Positions 1 to 13,149 of a stretch of 64,000 nucleotides of DNA are shown here, one piece after another. This DNA is from Octopus vulgaris (taxonomy: Eukaryota). The stretch is from contig OX597822.1 in NCBI GenBank assembly GCA_951406725.2, positions 99,014,001 to 99,078,000 of the forward strand. Reading direction: 5' to 3'. Under the pieces are notes generated by a model. That model did no database searches. It was given only the letters and a program-made list of their open reading frames with translations, and had not been told where the DNA came from. The translations under genes and the position numbers were made by a program. Within the stretch, counting starts at the first letter, position 1. The number at the start of each line of letters is the position of its first letter.

Positions 1-51
1 TATCTTTAGTGAAATGATATTTTAAAAATCACTAACATTATATGGGTGCAT

Positions 52-322
52 GTATCATCATCATCATTTAACGTCCGTTCTCCATGCTAGCATGGCTTGG
101 ACGGTTCGACCGGGGTCTGGGAAGCCAGGAGGCTGCACCAGGCTCCAGTCTGATCTGGCAGTGTTGTTTCTACAGCTGGATGCCCTTCCTAACGCCAACC
201 ACTCCGTGAGTGTAGTGGATGCTTTTTACGTGCCAGCGAGGCTGGCAAACGGCCATGATCGGTTGGTGCTTTTTACGTGCCACCGGCACGGAAGCCAGTC
301 AAGGCGGAGCTGGCCTCTGCCA
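52..322 (-). mobile_element. RTE-LINE 3' end-derived repeat with (GAT)n tail
   Basis: Minus strand reads ...ggcacgtaaaaagcatccactacactcacggagtggttggcgttaggaagggcatccagctgtagaaa...ggacgttaaatgatgatg; same family recurs at 20.7, 30.1, 35.6, 47.2, 48.3, 51.6, 62.1 kb. Confidence 0.75.
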
Positions 323-330
323 AATGTATA

Positions 331-365
<35 letters not shown>

Positions 366-377
366 ATATGTGTGTGT

Positions 378-717
378 AGGCGCATGGCTCAGTGGTTAGA
401 GTGTCAAGCTTACGATCGTGAGGTTGTGAGCTCGAATCCCGGACCGGGCTGCGTGTTGTGTTCTTGAGCAAGGCACTTTATTTTCACGTTGCTCCAGTTC
501 ACTCAGCAGTAGAAATGAGTTGCGACGTCACTGGTGCCAAGCTGTATCGGCCCCTTTGCCTTTCCCTTGGATAACACTGGTGGCGTGGAGAGGGGAGGCT
601 GGTATGCATGGGCGACTGCTGGTCTTCCATAAAAACAACCTCGCCCGGACTTGTGTCTAGGAGGGTAACTTTCTAGGTGCAATCCCATGGTCTGTGTCGT
701 GACTGAAGGGGGTCTCC
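378..717 (+). mobile_element. tRNA-derived SINE with CORE-like central domain
   Basis: tRNA-like head tggctcagtggttagag...ctcgaatccc followed by gtgttcttgagcaaggcacttta; lies between microsatellites. Confidence 0.75.
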
Positions 718-1162
718 TCCGAATATGTGTGTGTGTGTATATATGTGTCTGCATGTGTGTGTGCATGTGTGCATGTGTGTGTGTGTGTGTGTGTGGATTT
801 AGGACTTTTCAGTTCAATGTATTAATTATTTGAATATCTAACACCACCAGAGGGTAGGCTATATCTGAATTCTATTAATTTTGAAAGTGCATTTTTATGT
901 CCCAATTTGACTGTAAATATAACATTGAATGCTTGCAATATGTAATTTCATTACACACCACATTAATATCGTACATCTATCTAATTTGCTTAAAAGGACA
1001 ATTGAATGTTTAACTTTCTCTTTCTATTTATTTCTGCTTGTTGCAACAATTTCCATTCCATTAAGTCTCTAATGTGCTGGGAAATATGCACATTAGGTGT
1101 ATGTACATGAATATATGTGTATGTATATATATTACATATATATATATATATATATATATATA

Positions 1163-1534
1163 CTAGCAGTATCGCCCGGCGTTGCTCTGGTTTGTAAGGG
1201 AAATAACTATAAAGCATTTTTAGAGAGTTATAGCCAAAAAATGGAAAAAAATGATGGTAACTTTTTTTGAGAGTAAAAAAAGGTGGAGTTGCGTCCCCTA
1301 GACAGTTTGCGGTTTGTGTTTCTGATTCTCGACCCCATGTCGAATTTATCGATTTTTTTCAGAACTGGGGGAACTTTTCAAAATTTTCGCTGCGTTAGTT
1401 TTGAATTATGACATTGGGCTATGTGTGTGTCAAGTTTCATCAGAATCGGTTGAAAGCCGTGGTCAGGGTGAGGGTACAAGCAAACAGACACACAGAAACA
1501 CGCACAGACAAACTGCCGTTTATATAGAGAGAGA
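1163..1534 (-). mobile_element. Non-autonomous Helitron
   Basis: Minus strand starts TC and ends CTAG with GC-rich subterminal segment (agcaacgccgggcgatactgCTAG); inserted between A and T in (TA)n, no TSD; related copy at 34117. Confidence 0.75.
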
Positions 1535-1642
1535 TATATATTAGACACACACACACACACCACATTACATATATGTATATATTATATTCATATTTTGAAT
1601 TCTCTTTTCATGTTTTCATATAACTAAATACACATATACATG

Positions 1643-1678
<36 letters not shown>

Positions 1679-1724
1679 TTATAAATATACACACACACAT
1701 GTAAGTGAATATGTAATATATAAT

Positions 1725-2186
1725 AATATTAGGGAGTAAATCCAAACTTACAGGGAAAAATTAGATTTAGGATTAAATCTAATTTTATAGTATAAATATA
1801 TATTATATTAAATTAGAGATAAAACCACTATTAGGCTAATCAAACGGTGCAAATCATAAGCCAATACATAGAAATAAAATTAATTAAAAAATATAAAATA
1901 TAAAATATAAAAAATATAAAATTCCAAATTAAAATATTTAAATTAAAGTAAAATTTTAAAAATTATTTAAATAATTTAAACTTATAAATTTTAAATATAT
2001 ATATATTTTTATTATTACTATCTTATTTAATTTTATTTATTTATTTATTTATTTATTTTATTTATTTTTTTTTTTTAATTTTATATTTTATATTTTTTTA
2101 ATTAATTTTATTTCTATGTATTGGCTTATGATTTTCACTGATTTGTCTAATAGTGGTTTTATCTCTAATTTAATATAATATATATA
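1725..2186. repeat. Fold-back inverted repeat (arms ~1796-1915 / ~2078-2186), probable PLE terminal remnant
   Basis: aattagagataaaaccactattag...cataagccaatacatagaaataaaatt is mirrored in the right arm; the left tail ccaaacttacagggaaaaatt recurs at ~51570 and, inverted, at ~39260. Confidence 0.75.
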
Positions 2187-2202
2187 TATGTATATATACA
2201 TA

Positions 2203-2571
2203 GGCGCATTGGTTCCGGGTTCAGTCCCACTGCGTGGCATCTTGGGCAAGTATCTTCTGCTATAGCCCCGGGCCGACCAATGCCTTCTGAGTGGATTTGG
2301 TAGACGGAAACTGAAAGAAGCCTGTCGTATATATGTATATATATATGTGTGTGTGTTTGTGTGTCTGTGTTTGTCCCCCTAGCATTGTTTGACAACCGAT
2401 GCTGGTGTGTTTACGTCCCCGTCACTTAGCGGTTCGGCAAAAAAAGAGACCGATAGAATAAGTACTGGGCTTACAAAGAATAAGTCTCGGGGTCGATTTG
2501 CTCGACTAAAGGCGGTGCTCCAGCATGGCCACAGTCAAATGACTGAAACAAGTAAAAGAGTAAAGAGTAAA
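2203..2571 (+). mobile_element. Major tRNA-derived SINE (family A, internal microsatellite)
   Basis: ggttccgggttcagtcccactgcgtggc...(TA/TG)n...gcatggccacagtcaaatgactgaaacaagtaaaagag; ~20 copies or fragments in window. Confidence 0.85.
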
Positions 2572-3104
2572 GAGTATATATATATGTACTTATTTCTGTA
2601 TATCCCAATTTCTCATTTCCTATCTGATAGCCACAGATTACTTGACTAGATTTTACAAAACAAAGATTATAGGTTTGTTTGTGCATTTTTACATCTTATG
2701 TAAATTTACACGTATATTGAATCTTTTCTAACTGTGAACTATGAAACCTTACAACTTATACAGATATAATAATGTGCAATAAAACCTTTAAACTTCATAT
2801 TCAATGATGTGTAAATGTCATAAAATATGGCATTAAGTCACCATAAAATTCTGGAAATTGATATATCACATATTCGTGCTGCATCACAGGATATATTTCT
2901 TTTTGGAAAATGTGATAAAAAAATTTTTATGAAACAGACTCTGATCTCTCTTATTTAGTTAAAATACATTCTCTCATTTACGTGTTTTTCTCTCCCTCTT
3001 TCTCTCTCTCCCTCACTCACTCACACTTTCCCTCTCACTCACTCTCACTCTTTCTTTCTCACTCACTCACACACTCTCTCTCTCTCTCTTTCCCTAGTCA
3101 TGGA

Positions 3105-3252
3105 TATATCATCATCATCATCATCATCATTGTTGTCGTTGGCATCATCGTTGTTATCATCATCATCATTGTCGTTGTAATCGTCGTCATCATCGCCATT
3201 GCTGTCATCATCATCATCATCATCATCATCGTCGTCGTCGTCGTCGTCGTCG

Positions 3253-3284
<32 letters not shown>

Positions 3285-3395
3285 GTCGTCGTCATCATCA
3301 TCATCATCATCATCATCATCACCGTCGTCGTCGTTGTCGTCGTCGTCATCATCATCATCGTCATCATCATCATCGTCATCATCATCGTCATCATC

Positions 3396-3476
<81 letters not shown>

Positions 3477-3484
3477 GTCGTCAT

Positions 3485-3517
<33 letters not shown>

Positions 3518-3560
3518 CCGTCGTCGTCGTTGTCGTCGTCGTCATCATCATCATCACCAC
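3105..3560. repeat. (CAT)n/(CGT)n compound microsatellite
   Basis: Direct inspection; explains poly-I/D/M/S ORFs. Confidence 0.95.
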
Positions 3561-3759
3561 CAACATTTAATGTCCTCTTTTCCATGCTTGTATGAGTTGA
3601 ATGGTGCTTATTTGAGGAAGTTTTTATATAGTTGGATACAGATCCTCTCACCATAATCTGTATAAATGAATGTATGCACATATGCATGCCTGCCTGTATG
3701 TATGCAAATATGTATATTTGTATGAATATATATAAGTATCTATGTATGTATACATATAT

Positions 3760-5285
3760 AGGATATGAGGTGTATTTGAAGACACTTAATTATCAATATA
3801 TATAAACCAATTAAAAGGTTTATATTTCTTTCAGATCCCCCATGGTAGATAAAATGCTAACAAAGTATAGAAAAGACATGCTGCAGTCATGTGTGGAACA
3901 CAGTGATTTTGAAATTGCCAAGTTTCTAAACTGTTGCATGACCTTTTGTTTGTTCTTTCCTTCTCGAGCCACGCCTGTCTCATAAGGGCCGGTTTTCCTG
4001 GTTTCCTTTGTGTATAGGTTCCCCACCTGGACAGGACGCCAGTCCATCACAGGCGAGCTGCAAGATGCAGGAGGAAAGAGTGAGAGAAAGTTGTGGCGAA
4101 AGAATCAGCAGAAGTTCGCCATTACCTTCTGCCGGAGCTGCGTGGAGCTTAGGTGTTTCGCTCATAAATACTTACATCGCCTGGTCTGAGATTTGAATTG
4201 GTGATCCCTCGACCACGAGTCCACTGCTCTAACCACTAGGCCATGTGCCTCCACTGCATGATCTTTTGTACACATAGTTCAGATGGAATTGGATGCTTCT
4301 TGTAAGAATGTTTTAAATGTATCAAGGAAAACAAAAACATTGTAAATGTTCAAACACTGTAAAGACACCACAATTGATTTAATGGGTTCAAAACATTTTC
4401 AATGATGATCCTAGAAAATCATTGAGGGCCATTGCTGAAAAACTTCATGTGTTGGAATGTACTTCCAGAACTGAGGAGCATATAAATTGTATGTATTGAG
4501 GAGAGACCCTTTCATGGTTGCAAAGACATAGGAAAACTGTCTGAGCTGTGACATGCAGTTTTTAATAAAGTTAGAAACCAGCATGAATATGCCATACTTT
4601 GATGCCTCTCTGATGAGTAAAACTTTGACCAGGACCAAAAGTCTGGCTGACAAAATAACAGATGATTATGTGCAATTCCTTCAGATGATCCCCAGAGTAA
4701 TACATACTAAGTTTCTAGCAAGTATGATGATTTTAAGAGTGCTGAGTAACAAAGGTCTTGTCATAGCACCTCACATCTCTCCACAGAGTCTTAGGATTAA
4801 TGCTGCCTGAAGAACTAGAGACAACTGTAAACCCTGGGTGAATAAAGTGCACATTAGAAGGTCATATGTGTTTCAACAAGACTCAGCAACTTCTTACAAA
4901 GATCATATAATCCAAGAACAGATGTCAAACAATCTTTATGATGGTGTAACCTGAAACTTATGGCCTCTGAACTTGCTAGATTTAAATTCCATAGAGTATT
5001 ATGTTTCGAATGTCCTTGAAAGGGAGATCAATCAATATCCTCACAATACCAGAAGCTTCACTGAAGACCCCTTTGTCTCAGCGGTGTCTGAAATGTATAA
5101 GGGCTACTGAGTGCAGGTATATCAACGATTCCTGTACCACATTGGCACTTGTCAAAACTGAAGGTAGATTCATAGGATAATCTTATGAGAAATATTATCA
5201 AGAACCTGTGCACAAATTTTTATTAAAATGCATTTGTTTTTGCTTAAATTACCAAAAATGACCTCAAATACTTCTCCCACTCTCC
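3760..5285 (+). mobile_element. Decayed Tc1/mariner (maT/DD37D-like) transposon, interrupted by a SINE
   Basis: Broken frames give DPRKSLRAIA, SDE*NFDQDQK, VFQQDSA, LWPLNLLDLNSIEYYV; degenerate termini gtatttga.../...tcaaatac. Confidence 0.75.
3945..4254 (-). mobile_element. tRNA-derived SINE (family C) nested in the transposon
   Basis: Minus head tggaggcacatggcctagtggttagagcagtggac; gatggactggcgtcctgtccagg block; partial copy at 7608-7772. Confidence 0.8.
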
Positions 5286-5511
5286 TCTCTTTGACTCTCA
5301 CTCTCACATTCCATCTTGTATTAAAACTATTTTGTATAAATTCTGTAGATATTAACAGATTTCCACATGTATATCCAGTGAAAGGAGAAGTCCTACAGTA
5401 TGATAGCAAATGGTAGCTAATACCCATAGAGAAACTTGGAAAAGCACACTATTAGGTTATAACCCAGATGATCTTAAATATATATGTATAAACATATATT
5501 ATATATATATA

Positions 5512-5798
5512 TAATTGAAAAATTGGATAAAATCTTTATAAGAATTTATCAAGTAGTTAGCGTGAAAAACCTCATAAGGAAAAATCCATCAATTATTCCT
5601 CTTAACTATATTTATTTATATTAAGGGCATTACTATACATAAATGCCTCATGCTAGGAGGGACTCTTAAAGTCAAAGCTACCATAATAAATAAACACATT
5701 GTACCAGTACAATGTGTTTATTTATTATGGTAGTTTTGACTTTAAGAGTCCCTCTAAGCGTGAAGGTATTTATGTATAGTAATGCCCTTATAAATATA
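5512..5798. repeat. Near-perfect palindrome (arms ~5622-5704 / 5707-5790) with unpaired left tail, in (TA)n
   Basis: Centre aaacacattgtac-ca-gtacaatgtgttt; outer taagggcattactatacataaat / atttatgtatagtaatgccctta. Confidence 0.9.
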
Positions 5799-5802
5799 AT
5801 TA

Positions 5803-5848
<46 letters not shown>

Positions 5849-6688
5849 GCACATAGATAGATAAATATCAATGTTTGTTTTTAAGTCAAGTATTAATGAT
5901 AATGAAAAATTTAGCATTAAACTGAACAATTATTCAATACTTTTTTGCAAAGTACTTGTTTATTGTACTTTTACAATAAGATGGGTGACAGTCACTTTTG
6001 AAGCTTTGATCTGCAAATCTTTGTCAGACAATCTGATGGAAGTTAGGCTGAAAATGCAACGTCATTGTCACCCCTTCTTGTAAAGGTATAATATACATAT
6101 ACATGTGTGTGTGTGTGTGTGTGATTGTGTATATGAGTGTGTATCAGTGTGTATATGTATTTATGCATATTTACACACACACACACACACACACACCAGC
6201 AAAAGAATCAGCATCTAAATATTGGATGAAAATTATCTTTGAAATATTTTGGTTTGAAATAAATTGTTAATGTAGTAAATGGCATTTAATTTTTCCCTAT
6301 TCAGCTTGCATATTGTAATAAAGGGCATTTAAAAAAAAAACTCTCTCATTCGTTAATCTGCTTTAATCTATTACCAACAGCACTTGATAGTAGGTTAGTC
6401 CACAAAATAGCTTTTGAAAAAACATGCGAGGAGCCATCTTATTTCAATATGCAATCTTCACGAAAATGGAACATGTAAATGCCATTTGCTTTCTGTCACA
6501 ATTTATTTCAAACTGTAATCAAAGAAGTGTTTAACAGGTGATTTTTAGCTAATGTCTATGTGTATGTATCTCTGTATTTAAGAATTTATGTATGTATGTG
6601 TGCCTCTATGCCTACATCTGTATGCATGCATGTATATATATTTATACGTACTTATATGTAATAACACACAAACACATATGTACATACA

Positions 6689-6719
<31 letters not shown>

Positions 6720-7607
6720 TTATATACACACACACATACATACATATATATATATAAGCAACAACCCTGTATGGATAAATTAACAAGGAAAGTTGTACCT
6801 CTCATTCCCCCCCCCCCCCCAATATCCTCATCAAATTAAATAACCTAAACCACTGAAACCCAGAAAGGTATGGAATAAAATAAATGGGAATTCCTGACAA
6901 TTCCAGAATCAAATGTTTAACTTCTGAAAAAAAACTAAAATGAATCTTCGGAGAAGCAGCACAAACAAATATCAGTATTCAATATTAAAATTTAATAACA
7001 TATAAACAATTACACCTACAAATATATGGTACTCAATCAATAAGATAACCTTTGAAACATAACCTACTATAGAATAAAGTTCAAACAATTGGGAATTCAA
7101 TCCTCAGCTGTTTAACAGATATCAACGTGATTTTGACACCTATAGGCAGGAACACTTTTTCTGTTGGTGTCAAAAAAACCTTAGAAACATATAATCTAAT
7201 GCTGCCTGGGAATTTATAAACCTAATTATTTTCACCAGGATAATAACTATAAATTTAACCACCTGTAAGCTGATTACATTATGACACAAAATTCTATTAA
7301 ATAACTCACAAAATCAATAATTTCCAAAGTCAGTCAACAATTAAATAAAACCTATTAAGAATAAGCCCAAAATAAATAAATACAGATAACACAAATTAAA
7401 CTAATCAACATAAGTACATTGTCACCACAAACACTGCCATATACCACAAAACATATTCAGAAGCAGATGGTAATGTCTCCCATTTGAGAAAGTCTGCCTG
7501 GTTTTGATTTCTAATAAATGCTCACACAATGCTTCCAAGAGGTCCCTTTTAAAAAAAGAATGTCTTAAATTGATGCTACCAGTGCCAACTTGAGTCATAA
7601 AGTACTG

Positions 7608-7772
7608 TTGTGACGAAAGAATCAGCAGAAGCTTCACCATTACCTTCTGCCAGAGCTGCGTGGAGCTTAGATGTTTCGCTCATAAACACACACATTGCCT
7701 GGTCTGAGATTCGAACCCGCGATCCCTCGACCGTGAGTCCACTGCTCTAACCACTAGGCCATGTGCCTCCAC
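7608..7772 (-). mobile_element. SINE family C, 5' part
   Basis: Matches 4090-4254; B-box ggttcgaatctc on minus. Confidence 0.8.
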
Positions 7773-9249
7773 TCTGATTACTATTTCTTTACATCATCTG
7801 AGAATATATTCTCTCTTTAGACCATGTGCCTTCATAACACATGTAATTTACTGTTGTAAAATTACTTTGAGATACCTTAGTGTTTTGATCCCCTCAATCA
7901 AAGTTACTGTGCTGGACTGATGAATCTCACAAAAGCATGAACTCTTGTTTCTAGGAATCAACAAGCAAATTATTTGCTGATATGTGGCAGGGTAGCTTTG
8001 ACTGAGGTAGCTTTGGCACGCAAGGAGATCAAAACACTGCAAGGTCTCAAAGTCTCCTTACACTTATGAATTGTGTGTGTTATGAACACATGTCATCTAT
8101 AGAGAAGGGATGTTCTCCAATGATGAAAAACAGCAGTCAGATATTCATGTTCAAATCGACAAGAAGGTATTATGAATAAACAGATATATTATTGTTTGGA
8201 TTCTCACTGCTCTGCATACACCCCATGAATAGGTTTTTGAACTTTTCTGATTTATTTGAGGTTTCAAACGGAGATTGCCAAACAAATTTCAAGTTAAAAC
8301 TAAATACGATAAATTAAACAGAGACAAATTTATGCAATGAAGGTTAAAATAAAATCCAAGATAATGAAATCAACAAAATAACATTGTTATTGTTCTATTT
8401 TAAATTCTGAAGCTATTTTCTGTTTACTAAAATTTAATCAATGTTGATTAATTTTAGAATAGCTTTTCTTCATGATTTTAAAATAAAGAGTTATAGAAAA
8501 AAAAAGTAAAATAAAAATCATCATTAAATTTGATTAGGTATTATAAGTAGCTTTTTATTTAATATAGCAACAAATGTAAAGTATTCAACTGTTTATTTTT
8601 AAAATTAATTTGAAGATTCCACATATATAGGACACACAAACAAACTCTGCAGAAGTAAGATCTCACATAAGTCTTTCAGGAAGACAGGGCAAGAAGTTCA
8701 AGAATCTAAATTTTTTTTTTGTAAACAATATAACAGAAATTCAATTGAAAAGATGGTTCTATGAGAAGAAGTAGCTGGAATTATTTGAAGAACTCTTGAG
8801 AACAAATGGTTGTTGTTTAAAATGTAAGGATTAACCAGTTACAGTCAGATTTAATACACAGAGTATGAAGTATTGAAGAATTCACTTTCAATACTTAATT
8901 CTGTTATTCTGTTACAGGATTTTGGCCAGTGGAGGGTGGCCATACTTGGGCACCACTTTCAAAGATTTAAGTTGAGCATACCAGCCACAATATTTATTTC
9001 ACTCTGGAATTTCTTTTATATCAATCTGTATTTATTGAACAGCTAAGTTAGCTTCCTGAGATGTGACACCAGATTTTCCACAGGTAAATATCAACACATT
9101 CTATGTGTACATATGTGTGTGCATGTGAATATGCACACATACACACACACAAACACACACACACACACGCACACACACACAAACGATCAACAAGACTCCA
9201 AAAAGGCTGGCGCTGTTCTGCATCAGCAAGACTTTTATTATGTAGTAAA

Positions 9250-9430
9250 GCAAAAGTAAAGTTCCTTCCTGAGTCACATAGACTCAAAGGACCAGTTTCC
9301 TGGTTTCCATGGAGAATGCATTCCCCACCTGGATGGGACACTAGTCTGCCACAGGATTACCCATTTTTACCAGCTGATTGGATTGGAGCAACGTGAAATG
9401 AAGTTACTTGGTCCAGGAATTGAAACCACA
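9250..9430 (-). mobile_element. Diverged SINE fragment (CORE-like plus family C-like 3' part)
   Basis: ccccacctggatgggacac resembles 4021-4045; ggagcaacgtgaaatgaagt resembles the reverse complement of 475-495. Confidence 0.55.
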
Positions 9431-9569
9431 ATAGGCATTCTTTTGGTTAAAGTACCACAATAATGAAAGTGCATATTTGGTAATTTCTGTACAAAATGTT
9501 TATTTCTTTAATTTATTTCAACTGAATCACTTATGTTCATGCATTTCTTGTATATGTATTATGTCTTTA

Positions 9570-9785
9570 TACTCTTTTACTCTTTTACTTGTTTCAGTCA
9601 TTTGACTGTGGCCATGCTGGAGCACCGCCTTTAATTGAACAAATCGCCCCCAGGTCTTATTCTTTGTAAGCCTAGTTCTTATTCTATTGGTCTCTTTTGC
9701 CGAACCGCTAAGTGACGGGGACATAAACACATCAGCATCGGTTGTCAAGCGATGTTGGGGGACAAACACAAACATACAAGCATAT

Positions 9786-9825
<40 letters not shown>

Positions 9826-9943
9826 GATGGGCTTCTTTCAGTTTCCGTCTACCAAATCCACTCACAAGGCTTTGGTTGGCCCGAAGCTATAGTAGAAGAC
9901 ACTTGCCCAAGGTGCCACACAGTGGTACTGAACCTGGAACCAT
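9570..9943 (-). mobile_element. SINE family A
   Basis: Reverse complement of 2203-2571. Confidence 0.85.
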
Positions 9944-9974
9944 GTGTAAGTATGTATGTATATTTGTGTAAGTG

Positions 9975-10400
9975 CTTTGAAGATTTCAGTTCTACTATAT
10001 GGCTCAGAAACCTGGACGTTATTAAAGAAGCTTGAGAGGCGGTTGGATGGAACCTACACTCGCCTCCTTATGAGAGCTCAAAATCTCTCGTGGAAGCGCC
10101 ATCCAACCAAAATGCAAATATATGGGAAACTACCACCTGTGTCATCTCTTGTGAAAGGTAGGAGAGTCCAGTTTGTTGGACATTGTTGTAGAGCTGAAAA
10201 AGAAGTAATTTCTACTCTTCTCCTCTGGAAGCCATCTACTCGCAATACCAGAGGGCGCACACTCTCCTACCCTGATGTAATCTCCAGGGATACAGGCATC
10301 CAGCAACAGGACCTCCGTAATGCCATGATGGACCGTGAAATCTGGCGTAGCATGGTAAATTCCATTGTCTCGACCACGGTCGAACAATGATGATGATGAT
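9975..10400 (+). mobile_element. 5'-truncated RTE-clade LINE 3' end
   Basis: SVLLYGSETWTL...LSW...GHCCR...AMMDREIWR C-terminus, stop codon running into (TGA)n tail. Confidence 0.85.
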
Positions 10401-10709
10401 GTAAGTGCTATGTTTATGTATTTTTGTGTATATATATATATGTATGTGTTTGTGTGTGTATGTATGTATATTTGTGTATGTAAGTATATGTGTGTGTTTA
10501 TGGGCATGTATGTAAATTTGTGTATGTTCGGATGAGACTCACAAAAATAAGTCTTAAGACTCATTAAAATGTTCCTCCTCATGGAAATCTTTAGTAAAAG
10601 ACATAAGATTTAGCCATTCGGAGTGATGGGAAACATATTCTGAAATTGGAATGATACAGGAAAGATTAGCAAGGCTCCTGTGCAAGGATGACATGCAAAT
10701 TTGTGAAGT

Positions 10710-11105
10710 GTTAGCACGCCGAGTGAAATGCTTAGCGGTATTTTGTCTGGAGCTGCATTCTGAGTTCAAATTCCGCCGTGGTCGACTTTGCCTTTCATCA
10801 TTTCGGGGTCGATAAATCAACTACCAGTTACACACTGGGGTCGATGTAATCAACTTAATCCGTTTGTCTGTCCTTGTTTGTCCCCTCTGTGTTTAGCCCC
10901 TTGTGGGTAGTAAAGAAATAGGTATTTTGTCTGCCACTACGTTCTGTGTTCAAATTCCGCCGAGGTGACTTTGCCTTTCATCCTTTCAGGGTCGATTAAA
11001 TAAGTACCGGTTATGCAATGGGGTCGATATAATCGACTTAATCCGTTTGCCTGTCCTTGTTTGTCCCCTCTGTGTGTAGCCCCTTGTGGGCAGTAATGAA
11101 ATGAA
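10710..11105 (+). mobile_element. SINE family B (Meta-domain-like), dimeric
   Basis: gagttcaaattccgcc...gcctttcatcctttcggggtcgataaa...taccag module present twice; copies at 45750, 55960, 58580, 59013, 60541. Confidence 0.8.
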
Positions 11106-11114
11106 AAAAAATAT

Positions 11115-11350
11115 CTGTGTTAATGTCTTTGTGTTTGTCCCCTCCATCACCATTTGACAACCAATGCTGGTGTGTTTATGTACCTGTAGCTTAGCAGTTT
11201 GGCAAAATAAACTGATTGTATAAGTATTAGACTTATACAATCAGTTTTAAAAATTAAGTTCTGGGGTTGATTTGTTTGACTAAAACACTTTAAGGCGGTG
11301 TTCCAGCATGGCTGCAGTCAAATAACTGAAACAAGTAAAGGAATAAAAGA
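11115..11350 (+). mobile_element. SINE family A, 3' half
   Basis: aaggcggtgttccagcatggctgcagtcaaataactgaaacaagtaaa. Confidence 0.75.
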
Positions 11351-11394
11351 AAAAAAGAGAATACATACATGTATATTTATGCAAATTCACATTA

Positions 11395-11663
11395 CTTACA
11401 TACATGCATACATACAAAGATACATACATACGTACACACATACATACATACACACATACATACATACATACATACAAACATGCATACATGCATGCATACA
11501 TACATACATATATACATACATACACACACATACACACACACACACACACATACATACATACATACATACACATACACATACACACATACATACATACATA
11601 CATACATACATACAAACATGCATACATACATACATACATACATACATACATACATACATACAT

Positions 11664-11694
<31 letters not shown>

Positions 11695-11833
11695 TACATA
11701 CATACATACATACATACATACATACATACATGCATACATACACATACATCCAAACATACAAAGATACATACATACATACATACATACATACATACACACA
11801 TACACACACACATACATACATACATACATACAC
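11395..11833. repeat. (TACA)n/(CA)n microsatellite
   Basis: Direct inspection. Confidence 0.95.
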
Positions 11834-12046
11834 AGGTAATGAGGTTTGTGTGTAAGCAAAACAATAAGCAAATATTAAAAATATTTACATAACTGGGCAG
11901 AAAGAGAGAAAAATGTTCATCGTATAAAGTACACAAATATAGACACATATATACAACCACACATCTAATACATCTATATTTATATACACATAGAAGAAGG
12001 CGTTCACACATACGTATGTACTGACACATTGACACACACACACATG

Positions 12047-12084
<38 letters not shown>

Positions 12085-12575
12085 CATATATGTGTGTATG
12101 TGTGTATATAATGTGTATGTGTGTATGTGTTTGTGCATTTGTATATGTGTGTATATATGTACATATGGGGTATGTGTGTAACTGTGTATCTATATATGGA
12201 CACAAGCAAAAACCTAAGTAAAACAGTCTATGTACATTGTTATACATTAATAATACTATACACTTGACCTTTTCTTACCTAAATCGTCACGTATGGCTAA
12301 ATAAGCAACAAGACATCTGTGTAATCATTCAAACTCGGTGATAATCATATTTAAATTTATAGTTAGATGTTTCTATTAAAAACGAATTCAAAAGATGTAT
12401 GTATGTTTTCCAATAAAAGAGTAATTGTGTATAGATGGACTAAACTGAAGAGAATAAAAGGGGTAACATTACTACAAAAAAACATCCTGAATGCATCAGC
12501 TACTTTAAAGAGTTGGTTAAATTGGAATAAAAATAATATTAGTAGTGTGTGTGTATATATATATGTCTGTGTGTG

Positions 12576-12636
<61 letters not shown>

Positions 12637-12667
12637 GTATATATGTACGTATATATATATATATATA

Positions 12668-12952
12668 TGATAAAAGTGGTAAGACAACAAAAGAAAGAAA
12701 GAGACCTCGATATTATGTAAATAGAGGAATTATTCTGTAAATGTAATGTGTTACAATTATTCAGTAGCCAAGATAAAACTCCGAGTTTCGGAAGCTGAGG
12801 TGAAAAACCACACCGCCATCTCTTCAGTTATCTGGCCATTGGAAAATCGCATTTTTCTGAGGGCCGGATAACTGAAGAGATGGCGGTGTGGTTTTTCACC
12901 TCAGCTTCCAAAACTCAGAGTTTTATCATGGCTACCGAATAATTGTCACATA
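12668..12952. mobile_element. PLE-like terminal remnant as fold-back with an HHR motif in each arm
   Basis: Arms 12746-12837 / 12862-12952; minus 12771-12833 reads agataa-CTGAAGA-...-GAAACTCGGAGTT-ttatct; flanked by (TA)n. Confidence 0.7.
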
Positions 12953-13005
12953 CTATATATATCTATATATCTATATCTATATCTATCTATCTATCTATAT
13001 CTATA

Positions 13006-13047
<42 letters not shown>

Positions 13048-13149
13048 CCAGCTTAGAGAAGAAGAAGAAATGAAACGAAACGAAACGAATTGAATCGAAT
13101 CGACGCGAGGGCACTCAGTCATACAATAATGTAATAAATAAAATATATG

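Noticed and set aside
165-200. Calling the GGAAGGGCATCC repeat a V-SINE
   Set aside because: No V-domain or tRNA head seen; it is linked to RTE ORF ends at 21.2 and 52.9 kb
378-450. Functional tRNA genes (also 4180-4254, 14131-14205, 25467-25535)
   Set aside because: Heads of SINEs continuing into SINE bodies; acceptor stems not intact
2982-3656. Long poly-I/V/D/M/S/H ORFs
   Set aside because: Translations of a (CAT/CGT)n microsatellite
11280-12041. 253-aa MYVC/HTYI ORFs (also 36.1, 54.4 kb)
   Set aside because: (TACA)n tetranucleotide repeat lacking stops
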